Shown one piece after another: positions 52,378 through 64,000 of a DNA stretch of 64,000 nt. Positions within the stretch are counted from its first letter, which is position 1. The number at the start of each line of letters is the position of its first letter. This DNA comes from Amoeboaphelidium protococcarum X5 (lineage: Eukaryota > Fungi > Aphelidiomycota). Under the pieces are notes generated by a model. The model ran no database searches and was not told the origin of the DNA. It saw nothing but the letters and a program-made list of their open reading frames with translations. The translations under genes were made by a program, and so were the position numbers. The stretch is taken from assembly GCA_023515725.1 (NCBI GenBank), contig JALDTO010000162.1, positions 224,476 through 288,475 of the forward strand, written 5' to 3'.

Positions 52378-54315
52378 TCAATTGTAGAAAGTTTTCCAAT
52401 GTCTCAATCTCTGTAGCGCCACAGCAATAGAACGTCTCCAAGACTTTTATTTGTGAAGAGCCATATACCAAGGATGATGGTTGCTATAATTTGACAACTC
52501 AAATTCACTCTTCGCATCTAAATCACTATAGCGACGCAAAAATGAGTACAAACGATACCAACGGTTCTCTAAGCAAGTTTTTAGCAAAGGCAAAGGATTC
52601 TGCAGAGGATATCCCAAGTCGATCAACAGCTTATGCAGCAGAGGAAAGTCAAACGAGACTGCATTCTAGTGATGCGAGACGCGTCTCATTTCGTAAGTCA
52701 CGACGTCATCTAGACTGACCTTCTTGTTATTAAGCAATTTGATCACAAAATTTACGTCTCTCAGCCTTTCAGTGACATCTTTAATTCTCATTATCTGCGC
52801 AAAATATTGCTACTCAACAGGCAGCAGACCAACACATTTCTTAATATGCTCCCTCTCCTGATTGTACTCGGCTAAGAGATCTTGCGCCTGTTCCCCAATA
52901 CTAAAATTAATCAAACCAGAAATCTCTTCAGCATAGTCTTGACAATTTCTGTCAGGTGTTATATATAAGGAAAAAGACAAAAGCATTCTGACTACCCTCT
53001 GTGTTATGACGAAACTACTGACTCCAGCATTGATCGTCTAGGCATAATCGAGAAGTTAAGTCACGCCTTCTTACAATCGCTCAATTTTTGCTAACGATCT
53101 AGCAAATAACAATCTACTATTAAGATCTGCATCTTTATCAGGAGTCTGGCGCACATCTCTATTAGGCTTCTAGGCATCTGGACGTCTTTGTGCACTATTC
53201 TTCACGAGACATTAGTTGACATCCTGGAGACTTAAGAATTTCCAAATACGCGCAACCATCGCTCTAAATTAAGACTCCTCCAATAGGTATTGAGCTGATA
53301 CTAGCACAGAAAGATAATTCCATGGCTAAAATGGCCCCACAGATACTTCATCGCCACTGTCTTGCAACTTCACAACTGCAAAACTATCATCACTCTACTT
53401 CTTATGGCGAACATCGGACTTCAGTGTAAAGACCTCTTCGTGTAATTAATCGTCGATCTAAATTCCCCCAGCCATGGTCAGTGCTTGGCTAATCAAAGTA
53501 TTCTAAAAGGTGTAGGCATCGCTCTCACTTCTGGGCAGTAACTTGAATCCCTTGGCGAGCAAAGACACCAGACTCTCCAACTGTTCAAGTGTCGGCCTTC
53601 TCTCTAGCTCGTATTGATAGAGACCAAAAGCAATTACATGCGCGTTAATCTCATCAAACTCGCCTCTACATTTCAGTAGAGCCCATACGAACAGATCTTG
53701 CAGCCGATGGTCTTTCACACGCGTTAATTAAGACACTAGCTCCACCTGCTACTAGTAAACTGGTGGCAGTAATTTCGCATTCAACAGCGCGCCTTCACTC
53801 GGCTCCACATTAAAGGTGCGATACTCACCCATCACGCTCAACTCAAATAAAGGAAACTCATTATTGAGTACCATGTATCTGCACACCTCAGGATAAGAAT
53901 TGCATTTATCGACCATTAACTCGCCCGTAGTAGCCTCATACCAAATCTATAGATAAACGTCTTCATAGTTATCTGGAAACTTGGGCCTGACCAAATGCCT
54001 TCCCGCAGAGGAATCATAACTTCCACTGGCAGGATCTTAATCAGCAGTGGATCTAAGCAAAGCTAGCACGCGATCTTTAGCAGCCCCGGAGAAGAAATTG
54101 TCACCAACAAATCGGAATTTCAGCGTTGGATCCCATTCGTAATTGTTGTAAAGATTATCAAGAGCTATCAGATCATTATCCGCACCGGCGCGAGATACCG
54201 CGAATTCGTAGGGATAAGCACGGTAAACGTCCAACAGAAGTGCGTCATGATTGGACACTGCCTCTGCAGGTATCGATGTGATAGCTAACAAGGTAGCGAA
54301 AAGGCAAACTTTCAT
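52378..54315 (-). CDS. Putative secreted protein, family 1, copy C (645 aa)
   Basis: Signal MKVCLFATLLAITSIPAEA; YPYEFA, CNSYPEVCRYMVLNNEFP, FVWALLKCRGEFDEINAHVIAFG, TCLENRWYRL, SWRRSIAVALQRL. Confidence 0.9.
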
Positions 54316-54405
54316 ATCCGATTTCTGATATTTCAACTAGACAGCAATGAGCGAGTGAATGGTCGATTACCAGACCCAACTTTCGTGGCACGTCAATGCA
54401 TTAAA

Positions 54406-54438
54406 TGTGGCGCATTTGATTAGGGTTCCTGCGCCACA
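54406..54438. promoter_or_regulatory. Inverted motif TGTGGCG-N19-CGCCACA in the divergent spacer of pair C/D
   Basis: Half-sites 54406-12 and 54432-38. Confidence 0.7.
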
Positions 54439-54514
54439 CTTTGATAGCGACTCCATCTTTTTGTTCACCTATCCAATTGTATCCATAAAGTGGGATTTAA
54501 AAATTGAAATTGGT

Positions 54515-56479
54515 ATGTATTTCTTATATTTATTATTGCTATCATCTGCCTTGGTGATACATAGTGCTGTTATTGAAAGACAGTAAAGTGTGCGTGTAAA
54601 GTTACCATCTCTCAATCCCGAAACTGCGGAAGATCGGCAAAGCGGATCCGTTGATCAGCGCTGTTCACGGTTTCAGTCAGTTGGCCTATGGTAGCAGATT
54701 AAGTCTTTGGGCGCAGTTGGTTATTAATAATGGTCTGAGAATGATTTTCCTCTTCTTCAGAAAGCCTCTAAGCTGGCATGGCATTATGGAATATACTATG
54801 GTATTGCTGTTGAAGAGTTTAACATCGCTATTGCTGAGGACCCGTTAAGATTATCCCTGCATATTATAGGAGGTGGCAACGAAGAGTCGCGTGAATCACT
54901 GCAATACGCAAAGAGTCTATTGAATGCTCAGACTCCTTTAAATCAAGCTGATGTCAGTAAGGTATTCTTAAAGGGCGACAGGACATTGATAGCCGCCACG
55001 CTGATAGTTCTTGTTCACGAATAACCCAGCCTATTGCCCAAGTTCCAGGAGCGTCTGTTGGAAAAATGGCCTATTGAGAGTTCGGACCTTGAATTAACAT
55101 CATCTGGTTTAGACGAACGTTTATTTACTGGACTAGTTACGTCATCGTTGGCTATTACTGACGAATGCGATAATTAGCTCGGCCCGAATCTTTTGACTGA
55201 CTTGGTGGGGATTACCTAGCAATTTGATATATACTATCTCTGTCATCGCAAACTATCATTTAACGACGAAGCTTAACGTCTAGAATTGTGTTACAGTCTT
55301 TTCAATGGCATCGTCAATTAATAGTTGGCAGATGCAGCGATGGAAGAAGATAAAGCTTTGCTGATGGCTTTCCAGTTGGGTAAATAATTGCGTTTTGTAA
55401 CTTCTGATACAGAAATGACTCAATTTTATGAAAGAATTCATAGTCAGTTGGTTAAGCACCTTCGTTCAAAGGATGCTTCATCTAGAGTCTCCATATCGAT
55501 CTTGCAGGGCTTTGTAGAATCGTTTAGTAGCCGGTTTGATTTGAAATTCATAAAAGAAGATTAAAAATCCATGAGTATTATGTTGTACTTTCCGGTGGAC
55601 ATTGGCACTCTGTCAAGTATCTTGAAGCCTGAGTTTTACAGAGGAAATCTTTACTTTGATGTGCTATGGATCAGCGTCTGTCGGCGCGAAGTATAGTCTC
55701 CACCAGAGGATTAAGAACAGTTTATTGGACAGGTAAAGAGCCAGTTTTGGACTATATTCGCGAATTACTTGGCTGCTTACTGGAGTGCAGTGCAATCTGG
55801 CGACATGGAATCTCTGAAAATACTTTAAGCGCTCACACTGGTGATGCCGCTAACGAACGCAAATGTTCCCTACAATTGGTATTCAGAATATATGAGTCGT
55901 CTCCCCGCCTCCACGTAGGCGATTCCGCCGAAAAATGATAAAGCTGCCTAAACAGCCTTTAGGCTACACCAAATTGAGCGTGCCAAGAATACTTTGGATT
56001 CGGACGATACTAAAGGTGATCAAAAACAGCATGAGTTTAGCATTGAAGGATTGATTTTGGTATTGGCTCATCCACAAGTTTACAGAATTAGCTCTGAAAG
56101 TTTAATGGGCGCTTTAACGTTTTGCATTGAATTCGGTCTAGAATCTGCTACAGAACAGATTACGTCTAAACTTTTAAAATAACTCAATTGGCCAGACTAT
56201 GTTTTCCGTGAAGAATCCCAGCCCACCTCTGCTCTTGATTTACATCGCATGGTTGTACCCGAGACTGCCACTGCTCGATTCAATAGAAAATTTCTGAACG
56301 TATTCCGACCTGCGTCAAGGGTGATATCCGATGATTAAGTTGAAAGTAGAGAGGCTAGGCGTTCATAAATTCATCAGTTGATGAAATAGGCTTATGAGGC
56401 AAAGGGGCGTGACTTGAAACTGTACGTTCGCGCTGCTCGGATTGTTCACTTTAGAGGGCCCGTTGCGTTTGAGTTTTGA
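54515..56479 (+). CDS. Putative secreted protein, family 2, copy D (654 aa)
   Basis: Signal MYFLYLLLLSSALVIHSA; QRC, SKLAWHYGIYYG, EQPSLLP, LDERLFTGLV...ITDEC, LAAYWSA, LMGALTFCIE, RRSQIHQLMK. Confidence 0.88.
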
Positions 56480-56736
56480 TTGATTCCCATATTAGAAAAG
56501 CCGTAGCTGATTATCTCCATAGTTTATCTGGCAACTACAATACATAAAATATAGTAATAATTATTCATTTGGCGAGTTTTTATTTATTACTAAAAATCGG
56601 TTTACTTACTATTGCTATACGATATCATCGCGACGCGAATTACTTAAGGAAGCGCTTTCTTGTGAAAAAAACTTATTTGAAACAATCGCCGTACTTTGTT
56701 AGGAAGTCTTATTTAATATTTACTTTTATAATAGAA

Positions 56737-58032
56737 ATGTCCTGGATATAAGCTATTGCTGAGTTTAATAATTCACAAGGCCTATAAAATGAGTCTGCCG
56801 CTGAAGACTGGCAACATTTATAGCCGCTGTAGAGCCACACTCAGTTCAGTCGAAATGTCGATCCAAATATACAGAAAGCCGTACAAAAAGCTGTGCACTC
56901 CCTAGTCATTGAGTAGAAAAATGCATCCACGCTGAGCAATGAAGATTTGGATCAGATCAGCGAAATGCTTAAAGAGGTGGCTGTTGATGGAGATTACATT
57001 AACTATCACAATTTCAAGCTTATTGGTCAGTCGCTGCCAAAGTTTTAATCATACTTCACACCATCAGTGTTTGTGCGCTTTAGAATGAATGAGAATGGCC
57101 ACATCAGTTCCGGTCAGCTGTACAATTTTATAGTTAGAAGAGCCTCGCTGTGTCAGGAGAGAGTCTGTATCAGTATGTATGATCAAGATGGTGATGGCAT
57201 GCTTACTCTGGATGAATTCGAGCAGTACCTGGCGGATCTGATTCCAACATTTCCGTAATTATAATAGATGGATCAAGATTTCAAGCCATTCTACTTGTGC
57301 AGTGCTGTCCGTAAATTTTACTTCAACTTGCACTATAGTCGGCCTACTGTTGGTAGGTAGCAAGATTAGCGCAACTGCATAAAGATTACTGATATCTTAC
57401 TAAGTCCCATACTGAGCGAGTTCTTTGAGTTGTAACAACCTGAAGTTGATGGTAAACTGCTGAGTACTAATTGGTTCTCTTTATAAAGTGCATTGAAGGT
57501 CTACAGCTGGTTTGTTGAACTCGATCAGGATCATAATGGTATGCTGTCGCGATCGGAACTGTATTAATTTGCAAAGGGGAGATACACCAGTGAGTTTATA
57601 GACCGAATATTACAAGAGTATCTGTCTTTTAATGGCGAACTTGATTACAAGTCGTATCTCGATTTTGTGTTGGCTGCTAATGATGTTCACACTAAAGAGT
57701 CTATGCGCTATATGTTCACACTGCTGGACATTCGACAATAAGGATTTCTGGACTGGTTCACGCTGCACTTCTTTATGAAGGCACAGGTGGCCAAGATATC
57801 TCAGATGCCTTAGAACAGGTCTTTTGTACAATCGTTTAACATGAATGATATGATTACAGAGCTGTTTGATATGGCCAAGGCACCATTGCGCAGTAGTGGT
57901 ACTTAATAATCCTCTACTGGAATTATTGGGTAAATACGAATGAATGATCTGATAAATTGTGGTGTCGGAGGTACAGTGATCAGTCTCCTTATCGACACGT
58001 AAGCCTTGTTACAGAACCAATTCAAAGATTGA
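56737..58032 (+). CDS. PPP2R3C: PP2A regulatory subunit B'' gamma-like EF-hand protein (PPP2R3C/FASS type, 431 aa)
   Basis: YDQDGDGML, LIPTFP[TAA=Q]L, FYLCSAVRKFYF, NWFS..SALKVY..FVELDQDHNGMLS, LDYKSYLDFVLA. Confidence 0.88.
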
Positions 58033-58333
58033 TTATTTACAGATAATGTTGATACTACTGAATAATATGTCTTTTCGTATATATATATATATTATGCTTA
58101 ACAATCGATATCTAGACCGTAAAGTTTCACATTATTGAATTCCCTTCGGAGATGATTAAAATCTTCTTCAGATGCAAGTGCAGTATGGACAATATTAAGG
58201 TATAGTCGATAAGATTGATTGAACTTCGAAATGCAGAGAGCGACGCGTCTCTTCTCTCTTTCTCCGTTTATTCATTCATTCACTCACTCTTTTACGTACA
58301 TAGTGAAAGGCTCTCTGTATTATACTGTAAGCA

Positions 58334-60319
58334 ATGTCTAGTAAGCCAAAGTTGAAATTAAAATTTAAATCCTCTCTTCCACAGACTGTCAGTGCAGGAG
58401 AAGCATCGCCACTCGTGTAATTACCAAAGCCGTCATAAGATTTGGTAAAGTCGCAGAGTGACCCTCATGGTAATAGTTCAGGGAGCTTATCTACGCAACA
58501 GTAATAGTAATAACAGAGCCTACCCAAAATATCATTTAAATTTCCGTAATCATAGTAATCTTAGATCAAGAAGGAATTATAACAAGACGCTGATAATGCC
58601 GGTTCATCTCTCACATTATAGACAGTAAACATGGCTGCGTTCCCAACGGTGGAATAGTCTCCTCTTAAATAGTAGTAGTCGTAGAGTTAAATACCGGAAT
58701 AGATTAATAGTCCCACGCCTAGTTAGACATCTCTTAAACTAAAGTTTAAACCGAAAGTATCGCTTAATGAAGGTGGGGGTGGTGAGAATAGAGTTAGAAT
58801 TCAAGACTAACAGCAGCATCAGCCTGGACTGAGCAGATCTTAATCTATAGTTTCCATTGCCAGTCGGAAGTCATCAATTGCATCTGTTCATAAGAAATAG
58901 AAAGTGAAGCCACCTAGAATTCCAGATTCTGATGAAGATGAGACTCTTAATCCGGTGGAGGAGCACTTGATATTCAGATTACCCCGATATGAAGCTGGGG
59001 ATGTTAGAAATCTACCCGCTGGTTCTTATGCCCAGAAAATAGTTGAAGCCACCAATAAGATCAAGCAGATGATAAAGACGCGTTCTGTAGATATCAAGAC
59101 GTGCCTCAAGATTGAATTTAAGGATTAGCGTAGAGTTTTGCTTACATACAATCATTAAGCTGAAGAAGGCGGCGATAATGATAATGCCCAAGATACGGTG
59201 TAAATGTGCGGCAAACTCGTCGACTTGCCCTGTATTATTGAGGCTCAGCGTTCCTTTGACAGGCGGTAGTTCCACAAGATTTCCGATATATGTTAGATGA
59301 TTCAGGTGGAGAAATTGGACTTTGGCCGAGTTGGTGTGTCGCAAGGATCAATTGAGAACTATCTTAATCAGTATTTTGCGTAGTCCACTCAGGGCGCATT
59401 CTAGTCATCTCTAAATGAAGATTACATTTCCAACTCTGGAATTACACCTCCACTTAAGCATTGTAGAGTGAGGCGATTCAGAAGGCGGGTGAACAGGCGA
59501 ACGGTGGAGAGTATCGAGCGTGAAGTGGCCAGGCTGTTGAAGGAGGACGCCCAATCGCTTGAAGTTGTCGGATCTTTTATTGACGCCAGAGAGGTGGAGG
59601 AGCGTCTGATGCGAGATGCTGACAACGATAATGATGAGTAAACTCAGGGTGATGGTGAGACTGAGGGTGCTGGAGTTACTGCAGAAGTTAATGAAGATGG
59701 CGAGGCCGTTGTCGACGAAGACGATGATGAAGATGACCAGATTACCGTTAGTGAACACCCAGGAACTAACAAAGATGGTAAAACGGAACAGACTTCAGAC
59801 GATGATGATGATGAGGAAGAAGAAGAAGATGATTATGGAGTTGATGGTAAAGTTGCGAATGGTCAGTTGGGTGATGGAGCGAAAGGCGATGGCGCGGGCT
59901 CAGATGCTTAGAAAGATGACGATTAGATTGCTGAAGGTGAAGAAGTAGATGACGCGTTGGATATAGAGAATGAGCCAGATCCTGAATTGAGATCCCTGTT
60001 GTAACAGAATAAGCTGTTGAATGAAGAAATGGCTGATCTCAATTAAAAACTGGATTAAAAGACGGCGTAGAAATAGGCTGCTGGTAATCCTATTATCATC
60101 AAGAGATTTGATGACATTATTAATCGATTAAAGGACGAGGTTGAGAAGAAGAAATAGAGTCTCGCTGCAGTTTAACGGTCAATAGTTGAGAAGAGGTACA
60201 GTATTGCCGACGATGAAGATGACATGGACGATGCATTGGATTTGAATGAGGAAGATGAAAGTATTGCTGGTGAAGTTTAAGAAGTTGGTGCTACTCAGCA
60301 ACAGTTAACTTTAGATTGA
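58334..60319 (+). CDS. TAF7: TFIID subunit 7 (661 aa)
   Basis: VEEHLIFRLP, GKLVDLPCIIEAQRS, FHKISDICQM, GITPPLKHCRVRRFRRR, acidic region and C-terminal coiled coil with NPIIIKRF. Confidence 0.92.
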
Positions 60320-60525
60320 TTTTCAATCATTATCGTGTCAATATAATCTTAACAGTCCGCGAGATATATAATTTATCATAGAGCAAACTTCGATGCAAAA
60401 AATGCCCTGACTTTATTCAATTGGGAAAGCTCATATTGGTATAGTAACTGCTCTAAGTATATAAAATAGACTTTATTTTCTTCAGTTCTACATACCAATG
60501 ACTTGGACTGATATAATTCATTAGC

Positions 60526-62361
60526 TCACTTTGATAAATTGTACGGATCAAATACTGATCCTCTGGCACGCACAGTCTACGCAGCTTTGAAGAAGTGATC
60601 AGCAATCTTTTGGTGCTCATTTTACTGCGACAACTTCATCAACTAATGAATCTGAGCCCGTCTCTTGTTCGGACCATCATTTACTCCCTCTGGATAAACC
60701 CAATTCTAGGGCAAAAATACGTTATTTAAGCCCCTGAGCCACCATTCGCCAGTGGATTCAGCCTCAGTGTAACCAGACAAGTCCGGTAAATTAGTAGGCT
60801 AGGCTTCTTCTCCCTACTCTTCTTCAGCTCCTGACTGCTATAACTTTTAAACTGCGGACTCGATGACTTTAGTTAAATCCTTCAGGTCGTGCTCAATAGA
60901 AAAAGTCAACGCGCCCAACAGAGCATCCAGACTTAATTGTTAGCCATCCAAGGCCAACTTCAATAGCTTCACAATGCTCCACTTATAGTCAGAATTTCCA
61001 ACAGTATCCTACTCTAGCGCTTTAACTACATTCATCTCGTCTTTTACCGGAATCAAATCAGGAAGTGCACTCAGTATGTTAAAAGTCGCTTAATCATCGG
61101 ATTGAATAGCTGTCCAGTAAGCAGACAGAAATTCAGCAAATTGTTGAACTACACCTGATTCAAGCTCGTATTAAGCAGCAGGCGTTAATAAGTCGCTATC
61201 CAGTCCCTAAGCATGGTATGCAAACCAGAGTACGCCAAAGTATGTTTTGACACTAATTTGACTTGCTCTACTCTAAAATTTCCACTACTGTTAACTATTG
61301 AGAGCTTAACTCAGATAATCCAATGAAGCAAGATCATCTTTAACATACTGTGGCTCAAAGGACTTTTCAAAAGACCGCACAAATCCTTCCAGTACCATGT
61401 CGAAGGCCTACTCCTAAACAGCTCTAACATTATGGTCGCGATGAGGATGTCCAACCACTATTGATAAGGCATTTTACACATTATCCGAATCACCCATGTA
61501 CCTTATCTACGCACCAAAGGCCTCCCTGGCAGCACGAAGATCATTCTAAGACATTGAGCCGGAATGCTTAAAGACTAAACGTGTGAAATAGCCAAACAAA
61601 TCAGCACAGATAGATGATTCTGAAGGCCCAGTACGACCAAGTAGATTGTATCGATTGCATACGCGCATTATTTCAAGTGACTGAAGGCCAGGCAGCAGAA
61701 GCGGCATCAAATCTCTACCAAGCTGCATCTCACATTCTTCAACCAACACTATAGACACAGCGGCCAAGCCCACCAACAGTTATTCATCTAAATTATTTCT
61801 TAGACCCGCTTAAGATGGCAGACGGTTCTACTAACTCATCTGCCGTAAACGCTCTTTATAAGCAGGCAATAGACTTGGCTGTCGCGCAACGATATAAATG
61901 ATCAATCCAGCCAGCTCTGACGCGACACTGCGAAAGAACACCCGGCCAACATCAACCTCATCTATGGGAACCTTATAACTATCAAAAAGCGTGGACTTTT
62001 CTAAATCATTCAAAACACTACCAGTGAAATACAGCCCAGCGTTTGGATTTTAAGATAGATGATCTTTCAAATTATGGGACAAAACTCCATAATAATCGGA
62101 ATAGAATAAGACCAGTTTAGATCTTTGACCAAGCTTTTTAGACAGAATATCGCGATTCTTGTTGGCAGCAAAATACTTGACCAAAGGCTCTATACCAGAA
62201 TCTCGAAATATAGCACAACGATTTTCACTAATAATTGTAGATTGATCTACGCCAAGCTTTGCATCAATCAAGTTGGGTGGGCTTAGTTCATTGTGAGATC
62301 GAGGGACAGATGAGACGCGTGTAACCAAAATAGCTGACAGTGCAAGTAGCACAAACTTCAT
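60526..62361 (-). CDS. Putative secreted protein, family 2, copy E (611 aa)
   Basis: Signal MKFVLLALSAILVTRVSS; NRC, SKLVLFYSDYYG, RQPSLLP, LDEQLLVGL...VEEC, FLSAYWTA, LLGALTFSIE, RRAQIHQLMK. Confidence 0.88.
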
Positions 62362-62485
62362 TGCGAATTCAGTTCTTAAGCAAGACGTATCCTTATAATC
62401 GCTTACACCAACAAAGTAAGTGGATCCTTAAAGAGAGTCTGAACAAGGAGTTGCACTAATAACTTGCCGCCTTTGTCGTTGTAAA

Positions 62486-62518
62486 TGTGGCGTTGACCGA
62501 GTTCTAGTCTGCGCCACA
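62486..62518. promoter_or_regulatory. Inverted motif TGTGGCG-N19-CGCCACA in the divergent spacer of pair E/F
   Basis: Half-sites 62486-92 and 62512-18. Confidence 0.7.
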
Positions 62519-62638
62519 ATTCGCCCAGATTAGCCATTACTATGATGTTCTCATATCTGGGTTGATCAATCTTATCCCTTGAAAAATTTTCTATTATTGG
62601 CGTATTTCTGTTCTGAATCTTGTAGTTTATTTCTTAAG

Positions 62639-64000
62639 ATGTAGTGGAATTCTATTGTGATTACAGTAGTTTTGGTGGCGTGTTAGGTGGTACAATCAAC
62701 GGCTACATCTGACGCTTTCTTACCAAGCCTTTACAATGGTTATCCGTATGAGTTTGCAATTATCAATGCAGCGAGATAGGAAGACACCAATGCACTCCAA
62801 GCTCTATATGCTGGCTATGAGTGGGAACCTAAGGACAAGTTTTAGGGTGTCAATGTCGATTATTTTACTCCTCAGGTTCGTCAGCTCTTGTCGTCTGGTG
62901 CATCTAATGTCCGCTACAGTCCTTTGGGCACAACGCGTTAATACTTGCCTGCTGACTATTAGAAGGTGTATCTGCAGCTTTATGGTGAAAGTCAAACAGT
63001 CGCTTCCATGATCTCCATCTGTAATAGTAACGCTGCGGCCTGCAGATACATGGTGTTAAATCGTGAGTTTCCCGTATTCCAGCAGAAGCTTCTCGGTCTG
63101 ACAGAGGACGAGCAATCTCGAATGACAACCCTGTTCGAGACTACTAATGAGTTAAATGACAGGTCGTTTAGACCGATTTATCAGATGCAGATTGAGTTGG
63201 TGTCGCGCTTGCTTGATTTTAATGATTCGGAGTTGCGCGATCTGTTTGTTTGGGCTCTGTTGAACTGTCGTGGTAGATATGACTCTGTAACTGCTCATGT
63301 TATTGCCCTTGGCCTTGGGTACTTTGAGGCAAAGAATCCGTACAATGAAGAGAAGTATAGAAGACTAATTGGATTGCTGGCATCTGGGTACAGGTACTTG
63401 GCCGACGCGTAGTAGGATCCTATTCAGTTTCAATACAGTTTGACCAAGTAAGCCATTGATATGGCTGGAGGTGCAAAAGTGAATCGCGCCATTAGAGAGG
63501 AGACTTATAGAAAGGTTTCACATCGTAAAGGCTTTCAGTTGAGTCTTTAGGACAATGGAGACTGGATTTCACCTCCCAAGTTTTAGCCATGGGGATACCT
63601 GGCCGTATTAGTGACTGCTGAATATGAGATGTAGGATGCTGAGATGTGGCTTTTGCTGTTTGGCCGTATCTCAAAGTTCTTGTGCACTTCTGAAGCTAAC
63701 GATTGTCTCTTTTAATAGCACTTGGTGGAATCCTCTCGCGGTCGTGATTCTGTGTCATCTGTTGCTAATTACCTTAATGGCTGGTACAACAAATATTCAA
63801 GCATGAGGCTGGCGCTGGCTCTTTCTTTGGCTAGATCTCCTAGGCTGTATGATTATGTTGGTTTGGTAATCAATCACGGTCTACATATTAAGGCAGGACT
63901 AGAAAGCTCTAGTATAATGCAAAGAATAGCCAAGATCTTGCTGAGGTTCAGCTTGTCCATTGCTTTAGATTAGTCTTCCAATGCAATTTCCACTAGAATT
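62639..64000 (+). CDS. Putative secreted protein, family 1, copy F (runs off the window end)
   Basis: Signal MQWNSIVITVVLVACQVVQS; YNGYPYEFA, ICNSNAAACRYMVLNREFP, ELVSRLL, FVWALLNCRGRYDSVTAHVIALG, QAIDMAGG, FQPWGY. Confidence 0.9.

Noticed and set aside
47964-64000. Secreted gene pairs as transposons or viral insertions
   Set aside because: No transposase, integrase, RT, capsid motifs, terminal repeats or target-site duplications seen; the genes use the host TAR=Gln code.

Overview
Gene-dense eukaryotic nuclear DNA (fungal-lineage opisthokont) using a non-standard code: TAA/TAG encode Gln and TGA is the only stop. The supplied ORF track therefore fragments almost every gene. The code and gene content fit an aphelid such as Amoeboaphelidium protococcarum (inference). 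Re-read in this code, the window holds about 30 protein genes with few, mostly 53-73 nt GT-AG introns. These include ORC3, DUS3, an SR protein, UGP1, YIP1, a GATA factor, a TBC Rab-GAP, SND1, SOD1, a divergent T-box factor, TAL1, PSF2, an HSL-type lipase, NOG2, GDI1, RPB8, NUP192, CAND1, PPP2R3C and TAF7, plus a tRNA-Leu(UAA) and a snR191/U19-like H/ACA snoRNA in the NOG2 intron. The most novel element is at 47.9-64 kb: three copies of a head-to-head two-gene module. Each pairs one member of two apparently unrelated families of ~610-660 aa signal-peptide proteins with no domain I recognise, across a 199-277 bp spacer that always carries the inverted motif TGTGGCG-N19/23-CGCCACA. This is a candidate co-regulated two-component secreted effector system. 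Other oddities are a Tudor-less SND1, an internally shortened CAND1, a structured RPB8 intron and a decaying tandem paralog of a small secreted protein. All translations and alignments were done by eye; no searches were run.
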